A DNA stretch of 64,000 bases, from positions 1-64,000 of the forward strand of contig CAWCLO010000003.1 in NCBI GenBank assembly GCA_963796455.1, given 5' to 3'. The notes beneath the pieces were generated by a model that had not been told where the DNA came from, did no database searches, and saw only the letters and a list, made by a program, of their open reading frames with translations. The stretch is from Candidatus Sulfomarinibacteraceae bacterium (GTDB taxonomy: Bacteria; Acidobacteriota; Thermoanaerobaculia; Thermoanaerobaculales; Sulfomarinibacteraceae). Every line of letters begins with the position of its first letter. The first letter of the stretch is position 1. Of this stretch, positions 42,191-52,529 are shown one piece after another. The translations under genes were made by a program, and so were the position numbers.

Positions 42191-42294
42191 CACAATCCCT
42201 CTCCGCATGATCGCATATTCCCCGATTCACATTCTGTGTCTGAAACCGAGCGAAATCGGATAGAATGCTGCGGCGACTAAATTTTGGTGAGGGC

Positions 42295-43125
42295 ATGGCG
42301 AACCACATCGGCACCGAAGAACTCAAAAAGGCCGCCCGCAATCTCGAGCGGTTGTCCCAGTTCATGGGTGAGCGACGCGATTGGCTTCTCGGCATGGATG
42401 CCGAGCGCGCCGCTCTGGAAACGCGCAATTCTGCACTAGCGCTGAGCGATCTTTTGACAGCCTGGGTCGACGAAAGCGGCAACGATATCGGAATTGGTCG
42501 CGTCCGGCAGCCTCCCGGTCTGGAACCGACAGGCAAGGTCTCTGCGGGTCGACTGAGCAAATTTTCGGAATTTCTCGATCAACTCAATACCTGGTTCGAA
42601 TCCCACCGGGACGCCCCGGTTCCGCCCGATTCGGAGGAACCGATTCGATCGATTCGGGCATCTCTGAAGGCCACACACGACGCGTTGACCCGATTGCTCG
42701 GACCGGCCGCAATTCCCGGCGGAGCCAATGTCGAAAACGAGGCGACTGAGGCAGAAGAGAAAGACCCCAGGGATTTCGGCCCACTGACTGCCGATGATCT
42801 CGGGCCGGTCGCAGAAGTCGACATCAACGCACGGCTCATCCTGCACGACACCGTCAAAAAGCGGCTCCTTCAGGAATTTCGCGGGGTCAGAGAGCTGACG
42901 AAGGAAACCAGAGAACTGGTGGACGGCTTTTTCGCCAAACAGAAGGTCGAGCACTCCGACAACGAGATGCGGAAGGTCTACGACAAGGTTCAGAAATGGA
43001 TCGAGGGCACTCCGGAGGGCCGAGTCCTTGTTGTCAAGATCAGTGGTCTCTCGGGCAAACCCGAGGCCTACTCGAGTTACAGGATGGTCGAAGATATCGA
43101 AGAGCTCGGTGGCGGGAAGCATTGA
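42295..43125 (+). CDS. Hypothetical cytoplasmic protein
   Basis: Long ORF with native-like codon use, divergent from pyrC; no recognisable motif. Confidence 0.7.
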   Translation: MANHIGTEELKKAARNLERLSQFMGERRDWLLGMDAERAALETRNSALALSDLLTAWVDESGNDIGIGRVRQPPGLEPTGKVSAGRLSKFSEFLDQLNTWFESHRDAPVPPDSEEPIRSIRASLKATHDALTRLLGPAAIPGGANVENEATEAEEKDPRDFGPLTADDLGPVAEVDINARLILHDTVKKRLLQEFRGVRELTKETRELVDGFFAKQKVEHSDNEMRKVYDKVQKWIEGTPEGRVLVVKISGLSGKPEAYSSYRMVEDIEELGGGKH

Positions 43126-43129
43126 ATCC

Positions 43130-43402
43130 ATGGTGCAAAGCACATCTCCACTGGCGGCCCTGGTGCAGCGTTTTCTGCCCAACCTGAGGTACCCCTACCT
43201 CTTTGTCATCCTGGCGGGGCTGTTTGTCCTCGATCTCGTGGTGCCGGATCCGATTCCGATGCTCGACGAAGTCCTGTTGGCGGTTCTGACTTTTGTCGCC
43301 GCATCCTTCAAGACCCGTCGTGAAGACCAACCACCGCCACGCGACGTGACCCCGCCCGACGATGACCCGAAAGAGCTCGACTCGGGAGAGCCTCCGGTCT
43401 AG
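43130..43402 (+). CDS. Small membrane protein (DUF6116-like)
   Basis: LRYPYLF...DLVVPDPIPMLDE motif. Confidence 0.75.
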   Translation: MVQSTSPLAALVQRFLPNLRYPYLFVILAGLFVLDLVVPDPIPMLDEVLLAVLTFVAASFKTRREDQPPPRDVTPPDDDPKELDSGEPPV

Positions 43403-43422
43403 CTCGATACTCGATGCTGGAT

Positions 43423-43755
43423 CACTCTTGTCCAAGACAGAATCTCAGACAGCGATCGGGGACAGCGTCAGTGACAGGAGTCGGCGGCAGCGACAGCGGA
43501 CAGGGTCACAGCGAACAGCACTCACTTCTTCGGGGCTCCGGCCTTTGTGGTGCGGCCGTCTCGGCCGCACGGTGTGCAGGCGAGACGCCTACACCACCAC
43601 GGCTCTTCCTTCTGTTGAACGATCCGGAGGTGGCCACGCCGTCACTGCACCTGATCGCTGACCCTGAACACTGATTGCTGCCCCCTGTCCCTGTTCGCTG
43701 TTGCCTGTCGCTGACGCTGGACACTGTCGCTGCCGCTGCAATTAGGGATCGGGAA
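43423..43755 (-). mobile_element. Copy C (inverted, gene-less) of the CACT-ended element with a REP-like doublet
   Basis: CACTCTTGTCCAAGACAGA terminus at 43423; core motif 43609-43637; 43680-43755 is the reverse complement of copy B 36378-36450. Confidence 0.8.
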
Positions 43756-43806
43756 GAAAGGGAGAAAGGGAGAAAGGGAGAAAGGGAGAAAGGGAGAAAG
43801 GGAGAA
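43756..43806 (+). repeat. Octamer array (GAAAGGGA) x6
   Basis: Read directly. Confidence 0.95.
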
Positions 43807-43839
43807 CCGTACCGGAATTCCCGTTCGTGATAAGGAGCG

Positions 43840-43918
43840 CCGAACTCCGAACTCCGAACTCCGAACTCCGAACTCCGAACTCCGAACTCCGAACTCCGAA
43901 CTCCGAACTCCGAACTCC
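43840..43918 (-). repeat. Perfect heptamer array (GGAGTTC) x11, 11 bp after the stop of 43930-44466
   Basis: (CCGAACT)11 on the plus strand. Confidence 0.97.
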
Positions 43919-43929
43919 ATCGAGTGCGA

Positions 43930-44466
43930 CTACTCCTCCTCGATCAAGCGCATCGAAGTCAGGAGGATCGCGCCATCAGGAGAGTCGAGCCCGGCGTCCA
44001 CCGAAAAAACGTAGTCTCCTTCGTGGCCGTGGAGCGGGAAGCGGATCCGCCCGCGGCGCTCTTGCTCCGACGACAGCTCGAGTTCGATTGCAGCCTTGAT
44101 CCCGGCGTCGTTCTCCGGCCCGTGGGCAACCGCAATCCTGGCCCGCCCACCATTGCCTTCGAATTGATAGTTCAGGACCAGCGCGTCAATCCGTTCATCC
44201 ATCGTGAAGGAGACGACAAGCTGTCCCGAAACCCGAAGCGTCACCGCCGCCGCCTCAGGATCGACCGTGATGCCGTCCACCTCACCACCGGTTGCAGATT
44301 CAGCGGCGGCTGCGGGAATGAAATCAACCTTGCCTTTTGTCAGCAATCGCGGCAAGGACTTGGCTGGGGTCCTGACAGAATCGACGAAATCTACGACAGC
44401 TACCGAGACGAACAAAAACGCGACAACCAGCGCCCACGGGCGCAAGAGCTGGCGGTAATCCATCAA
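43930..44466 (-). CDS. Hypothetical membrane-anchored protein
   Basis: N-terminal TM; start overlaps the GH13 stop. Confidence 0.65.
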   Translation of the reverse strand: MMDYRQLLRPWALVVAFLFVSVAVVDFVDSVRTPAKSLPRLLTKGKVDFIPAAAAESATGGEVDGITVDPEAAAVTLRVSGQLVVSFTMDERIDALVLNYQFEGNGGRARIAVAHGPENDAGIKAAIELELSSEQERRGRIRFPLHGHEGDYVFSVDAGLDSPDGAILLTSMRLIEEE

Positions 44467-47400
44467 CTCACCGGTTTCGCACCGGGAACCCGTTTCCGCA
44501 GCCGCTCAAAAAACTCTTCGACTCGATAACCTGAAGAATCTGCGGCAGCGACAATCCAGTCGATCGCGGCCACGATCTCTTCGACGCCGGCTGCGGCATC
44601 GCCGGGGGATTGGTTGATCGTCTCCACCGAGACGGTTGTCGCGAGACCATCGGCCATCTCTTCGAAGCTCTCACGATTGAACCACAGCACGTCATCGTGG
44701 CGATGGACCCCGAGCCATCGCCGGCCCTCGGCAGATTCAAAAAGACCCTTCAAGCGATCGAACACGTCTTCGATCGGACCCTCGGTTTCTGCCTGCCGAT
44801 CCCCGGCGGGCATCAGAACATCGACAATGGCCGCCATCCGGTGCGCCTCGTCCCGTTCCTTCCCCAACTCGTGCAACACATCACCAACCGTCGACCTCAG
44901 ATGCCACGCTTCATATATCTCTTGCGGCCGATCAGCTGCATCCATGATTTCGCTCGCGGTCGCCAGGTGCCGTGCCGAGATCCAGGCGATTAATACCGCC
45001 CACCCCTCGGGCGTTCCCAGAGTGCGCAGGAGAGGCCCCTCAGGAGTGCTGGCGTCATCACCTGAAGAATCGCGATCGAGCACACTGTCGCGCAGGGCGA
45101 GGGCTGCCTCGAGATCGGTCAAGATCAGACGTTCGGTGTCGGCGCCGGAGCCCTCCGTTTCCAGATGCTCCATGACGGCGTCGACAAAACGGGGCACCAC
45201 ATCGACCGCGGTTTTGCGCAACCGGTCTCCCGCGGCTTCGCCAACCCGGGCAAGCTTCTGCAGCATCACCGGATCGATCAGCTCCCGAAATGGGTCGAGC
45301 ACCGGCGCCAGCACCAACTGGGCAACGGCCTGCTCGACGCTGGGCACACCGCGATCTCCCAGACGGCTGGCGAGTTGGTCCCAGGGGTGCTGCTCGTCAG
45401 TTGTCACGACACGGAATTCCAGAAAGCAGTGCAGTCGGTAAGGGTCGAGATGGAACTCGAAACCATCCGACCGAATCCTCCCACAGGAGCGCAGGTACTG
45501 GAGGCCCGTCACCCCGTCCCTGACGATCAGCCAGGTATCGTCGCCGCCGAGCCCCAGTCCGTCGGCAATTCCGGTACGGATGAGGTCGGGTGGGGAAGAT
45601 TCCGAGCGCCGGGCAACAGCGGTCGAAAGCCTCAGACGGCCGCGGCTCTCGCCGTGGTGGTTGTGGTACACGACGAGGCTTCGTTCGCCGTCGATCTCGT
45701 TGGAATAGGCAAAGACGTTTTCATCGACACCGCCGTCAGCGGTTTCGAAGTCGTAGAGGAGGAAGTTGTCGACCTCCGAGAAGATGCGCCGTTTGTTGAG
45801 CAGCGGAAACACCTGCAGTTCGTGGCGCCACACCAGGCCCTCGTTGGGTTTCTCATCCCAACGTGGGCGGTGAAATTCCATCCCGTATTTTTCGGCCAAT
45901 CCTTCGATCTGCCCATGCCCGAGCATCGGTAAACCGGGCATGGTGGCCATCATGGTCATCACGCCGAAGTATTTGTCGCCGGTCCCGAATTGATCGACCG
46001 CGGTCCGTTCGTCGGGGTTCGACATGAAGTTGACATAACGCTTGAGGATCTGAGGATCGAACTCGAGAGTCGATCGAATGAGTTGCCGGTACTCCGCGTT
46101 GCGCTCGTCGCGCAACATATTCATGAAGGCCGAGTTGTAGACCCGGTGCATCCCGAGGGTCCGTACGAAGTAGCCCTCGAGGAGCCAGAAGGCCTCCGCC
46201 AGAAGCAGCGTGTCGGGTGCCTCCAACGCAACCCTTTCCACCACTTCCCGCCAGAATTCGCGCGGCATGGCGGCGTCGAAATCGGCCTTGGGCATTCCGA
46301 AGGCCGCCCGTGAAGGGACCGCGCCGGCTGCGCCCGGCTCCGGGAACCACAACCGATGATAGTGCTGGCGAGCGAGTGTCATGGCGGCATCGAAGCGGAT
46401 GACCGGCGACCGTCTCGCGACGGCGAGAATGGTCTGGATCACCCCTTCGCGCACCTCGGGGTTGAGATAGTCGAGCTGCGCGGTGTCGTTCCACGGCATC
46501 GAGGTGCCGTCGTTGCCGTGATAGATGTAGCGCGCATCGCCGGTCAAACGGTCGAGTCGTTTGAAAACCACGGCGGCGTCGCTTTTTTCCCAGTATTTGT
46601 CCTCGATGAAGATCCCGACGCGGTCATCATCGGACAGATCCGGACCATCAAAGCGATAACCCGGGTACGGTGGCTCGTCGACCGACAGGAACCAATCGGG
46701 GTGCTCGATCAGCCACCGAGAATCGATGCCCATGTGGTTCGGCACCATATCGGTCGACAGCCGGATGTCGAATGCATCGGCTCGTGCTCTGAGATTCTCG
46801 TAAGCCGGCTCACCACCAAGGGCATCGGCAATCCGGTAATCTTGAAGGGAGTACGCCGAAGCAACTGCGTCCTCATCCCCCATCATTCGTTTGATGCGCT
46901 CGGAGGCGCGGCTGCGCTCCCAAACCCCGATCAGCCAGAGACCCGTGATGCCCCAAGCCTTCAGGCGAGCGAGCTCCTCGTCGGGGATCTCGTCGAGGGT
47001 GGAGATCTTGCGCCCGTATTTGTCTCCCAACTGCGCCAACCACACATAAGCATTCTTGGCCAGAAGAACGAGCTGAGGCATCCACTCCTGGTCGGCGGAG
47101 TATCGCTCTCCGGTCTCCGCCAGGACCCGGTAGTCCGGTGGCTCGACCGGGCCGGGGCCGGGCGGAAAAACAACCCGATGCTCCTCGGCCATCAAGTCGA
47201 GACTGCCAAGCACCCGGTGCAGATCCGGCCCCAACAAATCGATCCAACTGGCGCGAAGGAACTCGAGCTGTCCCTCGAGTGACTGCGGCGCCGCGCGCAT
47301 CGGCGCATACAGGAGATCGAGCAGCGTCGAGCCCTCGACACCGGTCGATGGCACATCTCCGAGAATCTTCTCGGTGGTCTCGAGAGCGGGGACATAGGAT

Positions 47401-47981
47401 GTTTCGTTGCGCAGCACCTCATCGTTAAAAAGTTCTCGAAATTCATCGAAAGCCGGGTTCCGATTGGCCAACCACAACAGCAGCATCTCTTCGAGGACAA
47501 GCTCGCGATGGGCGACACCCGCGGTGGCGCCAGCCAGATAGGCCTCGGGTGTTACCTCTCCTCGATAGACCGCGGCCGACGGAAACTCCTCGACAAAAGC
47601 ACGCAACAGCCGCGCGACCGCTTCAGCTCCCAGATCTTGCTCGAGCCGCGCCAGGGAATCGCGCCACAGAGACGGCGCCTTCTCACGACGGTGGCGTGCC
47701 ACCAAAAGGTGGAGAATCTCATCGATGAGCCCGAGCGCATAGATCTTCGAGGCGCTGATGGCCCGCTCCGGATACCGTTCGAGATCGAGTTGCTCGTTGA
47801 TACGGTGGGCAAAGAGCTGCGCGGCGCGAAAATCCGCAAAGACGACGTTGCCGGTCAGCCCGAAAAGCGAATCCGGCATCCCGTAAGAATCTCGTGCGCG
47901 CCGCGACACGTGAAATTCGCGCGGCGCACGATCGACGAAAAAGGGCTCAGATGTTCTCATCAAAAAATCCGGAGCCATCAT
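44463..47981 (-). CDS. Large alpha-amylase family (GH13) protein
   Basis: DMVPNH, WNDTAQL, IRFDAAM, LAEAFW and NPDE motifs. Confidence 0.9.
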   Translation of the reverse strand: MMAPDFLMRTSEPFFVDRAPREFHVSRRARDSYGMPDSLFGLTGNVVFADFRAAQLFAHRINEQLDLERYPERAISASKIYALGLIDEILHLLVARHRREKAPSLWRDSLARLEQDLGAEAVARLLRAFVEEFPSAAVYRGEVTPEAYLAGATAGVAHRELVLEEMLLLWLANRNPAFDEFRELFNDEVLRNETSYVPALETTEKILGDVPSTGVEGSTLLDLLYAPMRAAPQSLEGQLEFLRASWIDLLGPDLHRVLGSLDLMAEEHRVVFPPGPGPVEPPDYRVLAETGERYSADQEWMPQLVLLAKNAYVWLAQLGDKYGRKISTLDEIPDEELARLKAWGITGLWLIGVWERSRASERIKRMMGDEDAVASAYSLQDYRIADALGGEPAYENLRARADAFDIRLSTDMVPNHMGIDSRWLIEHPDWFLSVDEPPYPGYRFDGPDLSDDDRVGIFIEDKYWEKSDAAVVFKRLDRLTGDARYIYHGNDGTSMPWNDTAQLDYLNPEVREGVIQTILAVARRSPVIRFDAAMTLARQHYHRLWFPEPGAAGAVPSRAAFGMPKADFDAAMPREFWREVVERVALEAPDTLLLAEAFWLLEGYFVRTLGMHRVYNSAFMNMLRDERNAEYRQLIRSTLEFDPQILKRYVNFMSNPDERTAVDQFGTGDKYFGVMTMMATMPGLPMLGHGQIEGLAEKYGMEFHRPRWDEKPNEGLVWRHELQVFPLLNKRRIFSEVDNFLLYDFETADGGVDENVFAYSNEIDGERSLVVYHNHHGESRGRLRLSTAVARRSESSPPDLIRTGIADGLGLGGDDTWLIVRDGVTGLQYLRSCGRIRSDGFEFHLDPYRLHCFLEFRVVTTDEQHPWDQLASRLGDRGVPSVEQAVAQLVLAPVLDPFRELIDPVMLQKLARVGEAAGDRLRKTAVDVVPRFVDAVMEHLETEGSGADTERLILTDLEAALALRDSVLDRDSSGDDASTPEGPLLRTLGTPEGWAVLIAWISARHLATASEIMDAADRPQEIYEAWHLRSTVGDVLHELGKERDEAHRMAAIVDVLMPAGDRQAETEGPIEDVFDRLKGLFESAEGRRWLGVHRHDDVLWFNRESFEEMADGLATTVSVETINQSPGDAAAGVEEIVAAIDWIVAAADSSGYRVEEFFERLRKRVPGAKPVS

Positions 47982-47986
47982 AGACC

Positions 47987-48070
47987 GAATTCGGAGTTCG
48001 GAATTCGGAATTCGGAGTTTTTGCGCACCTCACGGAGCGACAGGTGGCCGATTCAGAATTCCGAACTCTG
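47987..48070. repeat. Inverted pair of GGARTTC heptamer tracts overlapping the stop of the EEP gene
   Basis: GAATTCGGAGTTCGGAATTCGGAATTCGGAGTT ... ATTCAGAATTCCGAACTC. Confidence 0.85.
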
Positions 48071-49105
48071 CGTTTCGGGCTGCGCATCGCGCAGCTCGAA
48101 GGTCAGGGGACAATGATCGGAGACATCCCAGAAGGTCCCATCCTCTTCTCCCGGCCGCGAGACGATCTCCTTGCATTGGGAGCGAGCGCAGTGGAGCCAG
48201 GCCTGAAGGGGAACCGTCACCAGCCTCGAGTTGAATCCTCGCAGAAATACATGATCGAGCATCGATGGCACCTGGATGCCGTCGCGCTCGCCCCGCCCTT
48301 CCCAGTATGAGGAGCACCCGGTGGTATTGGCCAATCGCATCAATTCGGCCTCGCCGAGAATGGCGTCGATGGACTGCAATTCGCCGTCAAAACCACCACG
48401 CGGCGAACCCGCGGTGTTGAAATCGCCCGCGACAATGACGTCCGGGTCGTCGATCTCCTCGACCCTGGCAGCGATCCATTCGGCCAGGGCCCGGTTCTGA
48501 CGCCGGCGATCGGCGAAGCCCTTGACGGTCGACTCGTGGTGCACCGTCACAAAGGTGAAGTCGAGACCACCGGTTTTCAGGCTCCGGAAATAAGCCGCAT
48601 AGGCGGGACGCATCCCGGGCTCCATGGCCACCGCGGCGATCTCGATCGGTTCTCCCACCAACTCGAGCACATCGGCGTCCCAGGCGATGGCCAGGTGTTG
48701 CCCGTGGCGGCCACCGTTGGAGGAGTAGCGCACTTCCATGCTGCGTTCGCCCGTGGCGCGCCGCAAAATCGGCCCGAAACGGCGGATATCGTTGACCTCC
48801 TGCAATGCCCACAGGTCGCCGTCGAGCCCACGGAACACCTCCTCGAAGTCGCAGATATTGGTGCGGCGCGAATAGGCCAGATCGGCGTCTTGCGGCCGCT
48901 CGTCAAGCGGAAAGTTGCGCACGTTCCAGGCCACGATCCGCAGATCGCTTTCGGAGTCCGGAGTGCTCGGCAGGTCGGCGGCCGTTACGCCCGGACCGGG
49001 AAAACCGGCGCACCGGAGCTGGTGCCGCAACACGATGGACATCACCGCGATGCATGTGATCGCGCACACCACCAAAAAGACTGTGAACTTGGATCTGTTT
49101 GCCAT
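48053..49105 (-). CDS. Endonuclease/exonuclease/phosphatase family protein
   Basis: WNVRNF, LQEV, AGDFN, LDHV and VSDHCP motifs; N-terminal TM. Confidence 0.9.
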   Translation of the reverse strand: MANRSKFTVFLVVCAITCIAVMSIVLRHQLRCAGFPGPGVTAADLPSTPDSESDLRIVAWNVRNFPLDERPQDADLAYSRRTNICDFEEVFRGLDGDLWALQEVNDIRRFGPILRRATGERSMEVRYSSNGGRHGQHLAIAWDADVLELVGEPIEIAAVAMEPGMRPAYAAYFRSLKTGGLDFTFVTVHHESTVKGFADRRRQNRALAEWIAARVEEIDDPDVIVAGDFNTAGSPRGGFDGELQSIDAILGEAELMRLANTTGCSSYWEGRGERDGIQVPSMLDHVFLRGFNSRLVTVPLQAWLHCARSQCKEIVSRPGEEDGTFWDVSDHCPLTFELRDAQPETQSSEF

Positions 49106-49537
49106 GCGGGCCATGGTGCCGTGGACTGACCAACAACGCAATGCCAACGGAGCCAGATAGAAATTGAACACGCGTCTCATTACGCTTGGGGTGATGAGAA
49201 CACTCCTCGTGAGCAAATTCCCCATTCGCAACATGTTGCATCCAATGATTCAATCGACGTAGAGGAAAAACACAATGTGAACACTTGCGTTTTTGCTCAA
49301 TAGAGTTGACATTCGCCCGAAGATCTACGATTCTACGAAATGTAATGAGAGCGTCACACGACCCGCATCCGTTGATATCTGGCGGTCCGTCCCGCTCTCG
49401 GCGAATATCCAAAAAATGAATGAGATCACTCACCCCCACCATCCGATGCGAGGCCAGGAACCGCCCGGCCGCGCCCGCCGGGTTTTGGGGAGAAAAATTG
49501 AGAAGGCAAACTCCAAACTGGAGAAGGAGGCACGAAG

Positions 49538-51580
49538 ATGATCACGCTCATGAAGACCCTGGTGGTTCTGGCGACTGCAGGTGCAACGGCTGTCCCGATG
49601 GTCAAAGCACCGGCGACCCGCATGGTCCCGAGTCACCCGACCCAGGAGGTGCAATACACCTCCAACCAAAAAGAGTTCTACATGACCGAAGAGGAAAAAA
49701 ACTATGCTCGCCCGGGTTTGACGGTTGAAATCGTCAACGTCGAGATTTCGGCCGATCGCCATCCGGTGGTCGAGCTCAAGTATTACGACGATCTCGGTGC
49801 ACCGCTGGATCGAGCCGGCGTTGTGACGCCGGGTACGATCGGCTTCAGCTTTGTCTTTGCCTGGTATGACGGCGCCATCAACCAGTACACCGCCTATACC
49901 GTCCGGCCCGCCGGCGACTACGAGCAGGCGACCTCCGATTCCGGTGGAAGCTGGGAAGATGTGACGATCGGTCATTCCTTCTACACCTTCGGCACTCAGC
50001 TGCCCGAGGGTTATGACATGACCAAGACCCACACGATGTATACCTACGCCACCCGGGAGACCGCGGAAATCCTCGGCAAGACCTACTACTCCGATCCGAC
50101 CTACGATTTCCGGCCGGACGGCGTGGAGGCGACCGAGCTCTGGGGCTCGATGCTCGAGTCCACCTGCAACAGCTGCCACCACGACCTCGCGCTTCACGGA
50201 AGTCGTCGGCGTGCTCTCAAGGGCTGCATGATGTGCCACAGCCCGCAGTCGACCGATCCCGAGAGCGGCAACACGGTCAACATGAAGGAGATGGCCCACA
50301 AGATCCATATGGGCGCCAATCTTCCCAGCGTGCAGGCCGGAATTCCCTACCAGATCATCGGTTACCGCGGCGCGGTCCACGACTACTCCGGAGTCATCTT
50401 CCCGCAGGACATCCGTAACTGCGAGACCTGCCACAAATCGGATGCACCCAAGGGCTTCCGTTTTATGACCGCCCCATCAAGGGCCGCGTGCGGCAGCTGC
50501 CACGACAACATCGTCTGGGAGACCGGCGAGGGCCATCCGGTGCCTCAATTTGACGACACTCTGTGCGCTGCGTGCCACGTTCCCGAGGGTGAGAGCGAGT
50601 TCGACATCTCGGTCACGGGCGCCCACACGATTCCGCTCAAATCGAGCCAATTGACCGGTGTGAACATGGACATCACCGATGTCACCAATGTGGCCCCCGG
50701 CGATACTCCGACTGTCTATTTCACGCTCACAACCGACGATGGTTCGACCATTTCGCCGATCTCCGGTCTCCGCACCCTCACCCTGAGGGCCGCTGGTCCG
50801 CAGGGCGAGACCATCGACCACACGATTGACATGTCTCAGGACGCACGCGGTGCAACCATGGTCGGTGACGAGTACATGGCCACCTTCGGCACCGCCCTTC
50901 CCGAGGATGCCACCGGCACCTGGACCTTCAGCGCCGATGTCCGCCGCGAAGAACTGATCGACGACGGTTCGGTCGACGGTCTCGTCGTTACCGTTGGGGC
51001 GTTCAACCCGACGTTCTATGCGTCCGTGACCGACAGCGAAGCCGACCCGCGGCGCACGGTGGTTGCGATCGACAAATGCAACGTTTGCCACGACTCGCTG
51101 GCGCTTCACGGCGGTCAGCGCTTCAACACCCAGGAATGCGTGATGTGCCACCGGCCCAACAACGACGATTCGCCGGTCCGGCCCGAAGAGGACAACCCGC
51201 CGGAGTCGATCGATATGCGCTGGCTCATTCACCGCATCCACACTGGCGCGGAGCTCGATGTCGACTTCACGGTCTATGGCTACCGCAGCTCGGTCCACAA
51301 CTACAACGAAGTGGTTTACCCGGGTAACCTCCGCAATTGCGTCGCATGCCACGACTCCGGAACCTATGGGGTGCCGGCGCCCGAGGGATCGCAGGAAGTG
51401 ATCACCCAGCGCAGCTACTACTCGCCCACCCAGCCGGCAGCAGCCGCCTGTCTGGCGTGCCACAGCAGCGTCGACGCGGCCGCACACGCCTATACCAACA
51501 CGGCGTTCTTCGGCGAGTCCTGCGCGGCATGCCACGGTGACGGCCGCGATTACTCGGTGGACGAAGTCCACGCGAACTAA
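49538..51580 (+). CDS. OmcA/MtrC-family decaheme cytochrome c
   Basis: Ten CxxCH motifs in two groups of five, each preceded by a beta domain; HKIH/HRIH and RAACGSCH motifs. Confidence 0.93.
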   Translation: MITLMKTLVVLATAGATAVPMVKAPATRMVPSHPTQEVQYTSNQKEFYMTEEEKNYARPGLTVEIVNVEISADRHPVVELKYYDDLGAPLDRAGVVTPGTIGFSFVFAWYDGAINQYTAYTVRPAGDYEQATSDSGGSWEDVTIGHSFYTFGTQLPEGYDMTKTHTMYTYATRETAEILGKTYYSDPTYDFRPDGVEATELWGSMLESTCNSCHHDLALHGSRRRALKGCMMCHSPQSTDPESGNTVNMKEMAHKIHMGANLPSVQAGIPYQIIGYRGAVHDYSGVIFPQDIRNCETCHKSDAPKGFRFMTAPSRAACGSCHDNIVWETGEGHPVPQFDDTLCAACHVPEGESEFDISVTGAHTIPLKSSQLTGVNMDITDVTNVAPGDTPTVYFTLTTDDGSTISPISGLRTLTLRAAGPQGETIDHTIDMSQDARGATMVGDEYMATFGTALPEDATGTWTFSADVRREELIDDGSVDGLVVTVGAFNPTFYASVTDSEADPRRTVVAIDKCNVCHDSLALHGGQRFNTQECVMCHRPNNDDSPVRPEEDNPPESIDMRWLIHRIHTGAELDVDFTVYGYRSSVHNYNEVVYPGNLRNCVACHDSGTYGVPAPEGSQEVITQRSYYSPTQPAAAACLACHSSVDAAAHAYTNTAFFGESCAACHGDGRDYSVDEVHAN

Positions 51581-51596
51581 CGAACGATCAAACCTA

Positions 51597-51622
51597 CGAC
51601 CCCCGGCGCGAGCCGGGGGTCG
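51597..51622 (+). terminator. Intercistronic hairpin (no U-tract; stabiliser or attenuator)
   Basis: CGACCCCCGGC-GCGA-GCCGGGGGTCG. Confidence 0.6.
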
Positions 51623-51649
51623 CAGCGTAGCGTGAAAGGTGGGTCGGGC

Positions 51650-52518
51650 ATGAGACAGATGAGTCGACTGCTGAGCTATGGCGCCCTGCTCCTATTGCTC
51701 GGTGTCACGGGAGTTGGAGAGACCGCAGACGGCGACCGCGAGGCGTCGGAGATGTGTGCGGTCTGCCACGACACCGTCGCCGAGGAATTCAATCAAACAA
51801 TCCACGCCCCGAATCGGGCCAACGCACCATCGTGCGTGACGTGCCACGGCGACGGCGCCGAGCACATGGAAAACGACGGTGATCCGGCATTCATGGACGT
51901 CCCGCGAGGTGCTTCCGCCGCGGCGACCTGCATGCAGTGCCACGGGCAGATTCAGACGATGTTCTCGAATCGTTCAGCTCACGCCGACAGCGGCGTGCAC
52001 TGCGATTCGTGCCACGCGGTCCACTCGACGGACCAGGCGCAGCCGATGCAGCTCGCCAAGGCAGCCAACCAACTCTGTGCGGACTGCCACTCATCCGAGA
52101 CGAGCTCATTCAAAAAGCCCTTCGGTCATGATCTCGATCGCGGCGGGCTCCAGTGCATCTCGTGCCACAACCCGCAGGCGGCGGCGGCGATGCGAGCCTC
52201 AAGGTCGATCGTTCGGGCGAGGCTGTCTGCGTTTCGTGCCATGCCGAGAAGAGAGGGCCCTTCGTCTATCCTCACGTGAGCGACGTCGCCGGTACCTGCA
52301 TGAGCTGTCACGAGCCGCACGGTTCGACCAACCCGTTGGCGCTCAAGAGATCGCAGGTGGCTCAGCTCTGCCTCGAGTGCCACAGCGTCTTTGACGGCCA
52401 GACCTTCGGGTCGCAACCGCCGTCCTTCCACGATCTCCGGAGCCCGCGGTATCAAAACTGCACGACCTGTCACGTCACGGTGCACGGTTCGAACACCTCA
52501 CCGCTGTTGTTGAAGTAG
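51650..52518 (+). CDS. MtrA/DmsE-family decaheme cytochrome c; frameshift near 52175
   Basis: Six CxxCH in ORF 51632-52279 plus four in 52153-52518; restoring one C gives CHNPHGG; ends HGSN; EKRGPFVYPH motif. Confidence 0.9.
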
Positions 52519-52529
52519 GGGGTGAGACG

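Noticed and set aside
22102..43918. CRISPR array
   Set aside because: Repeats are contiguous 7-8-mers without unique spacers; no cas genes in the window.
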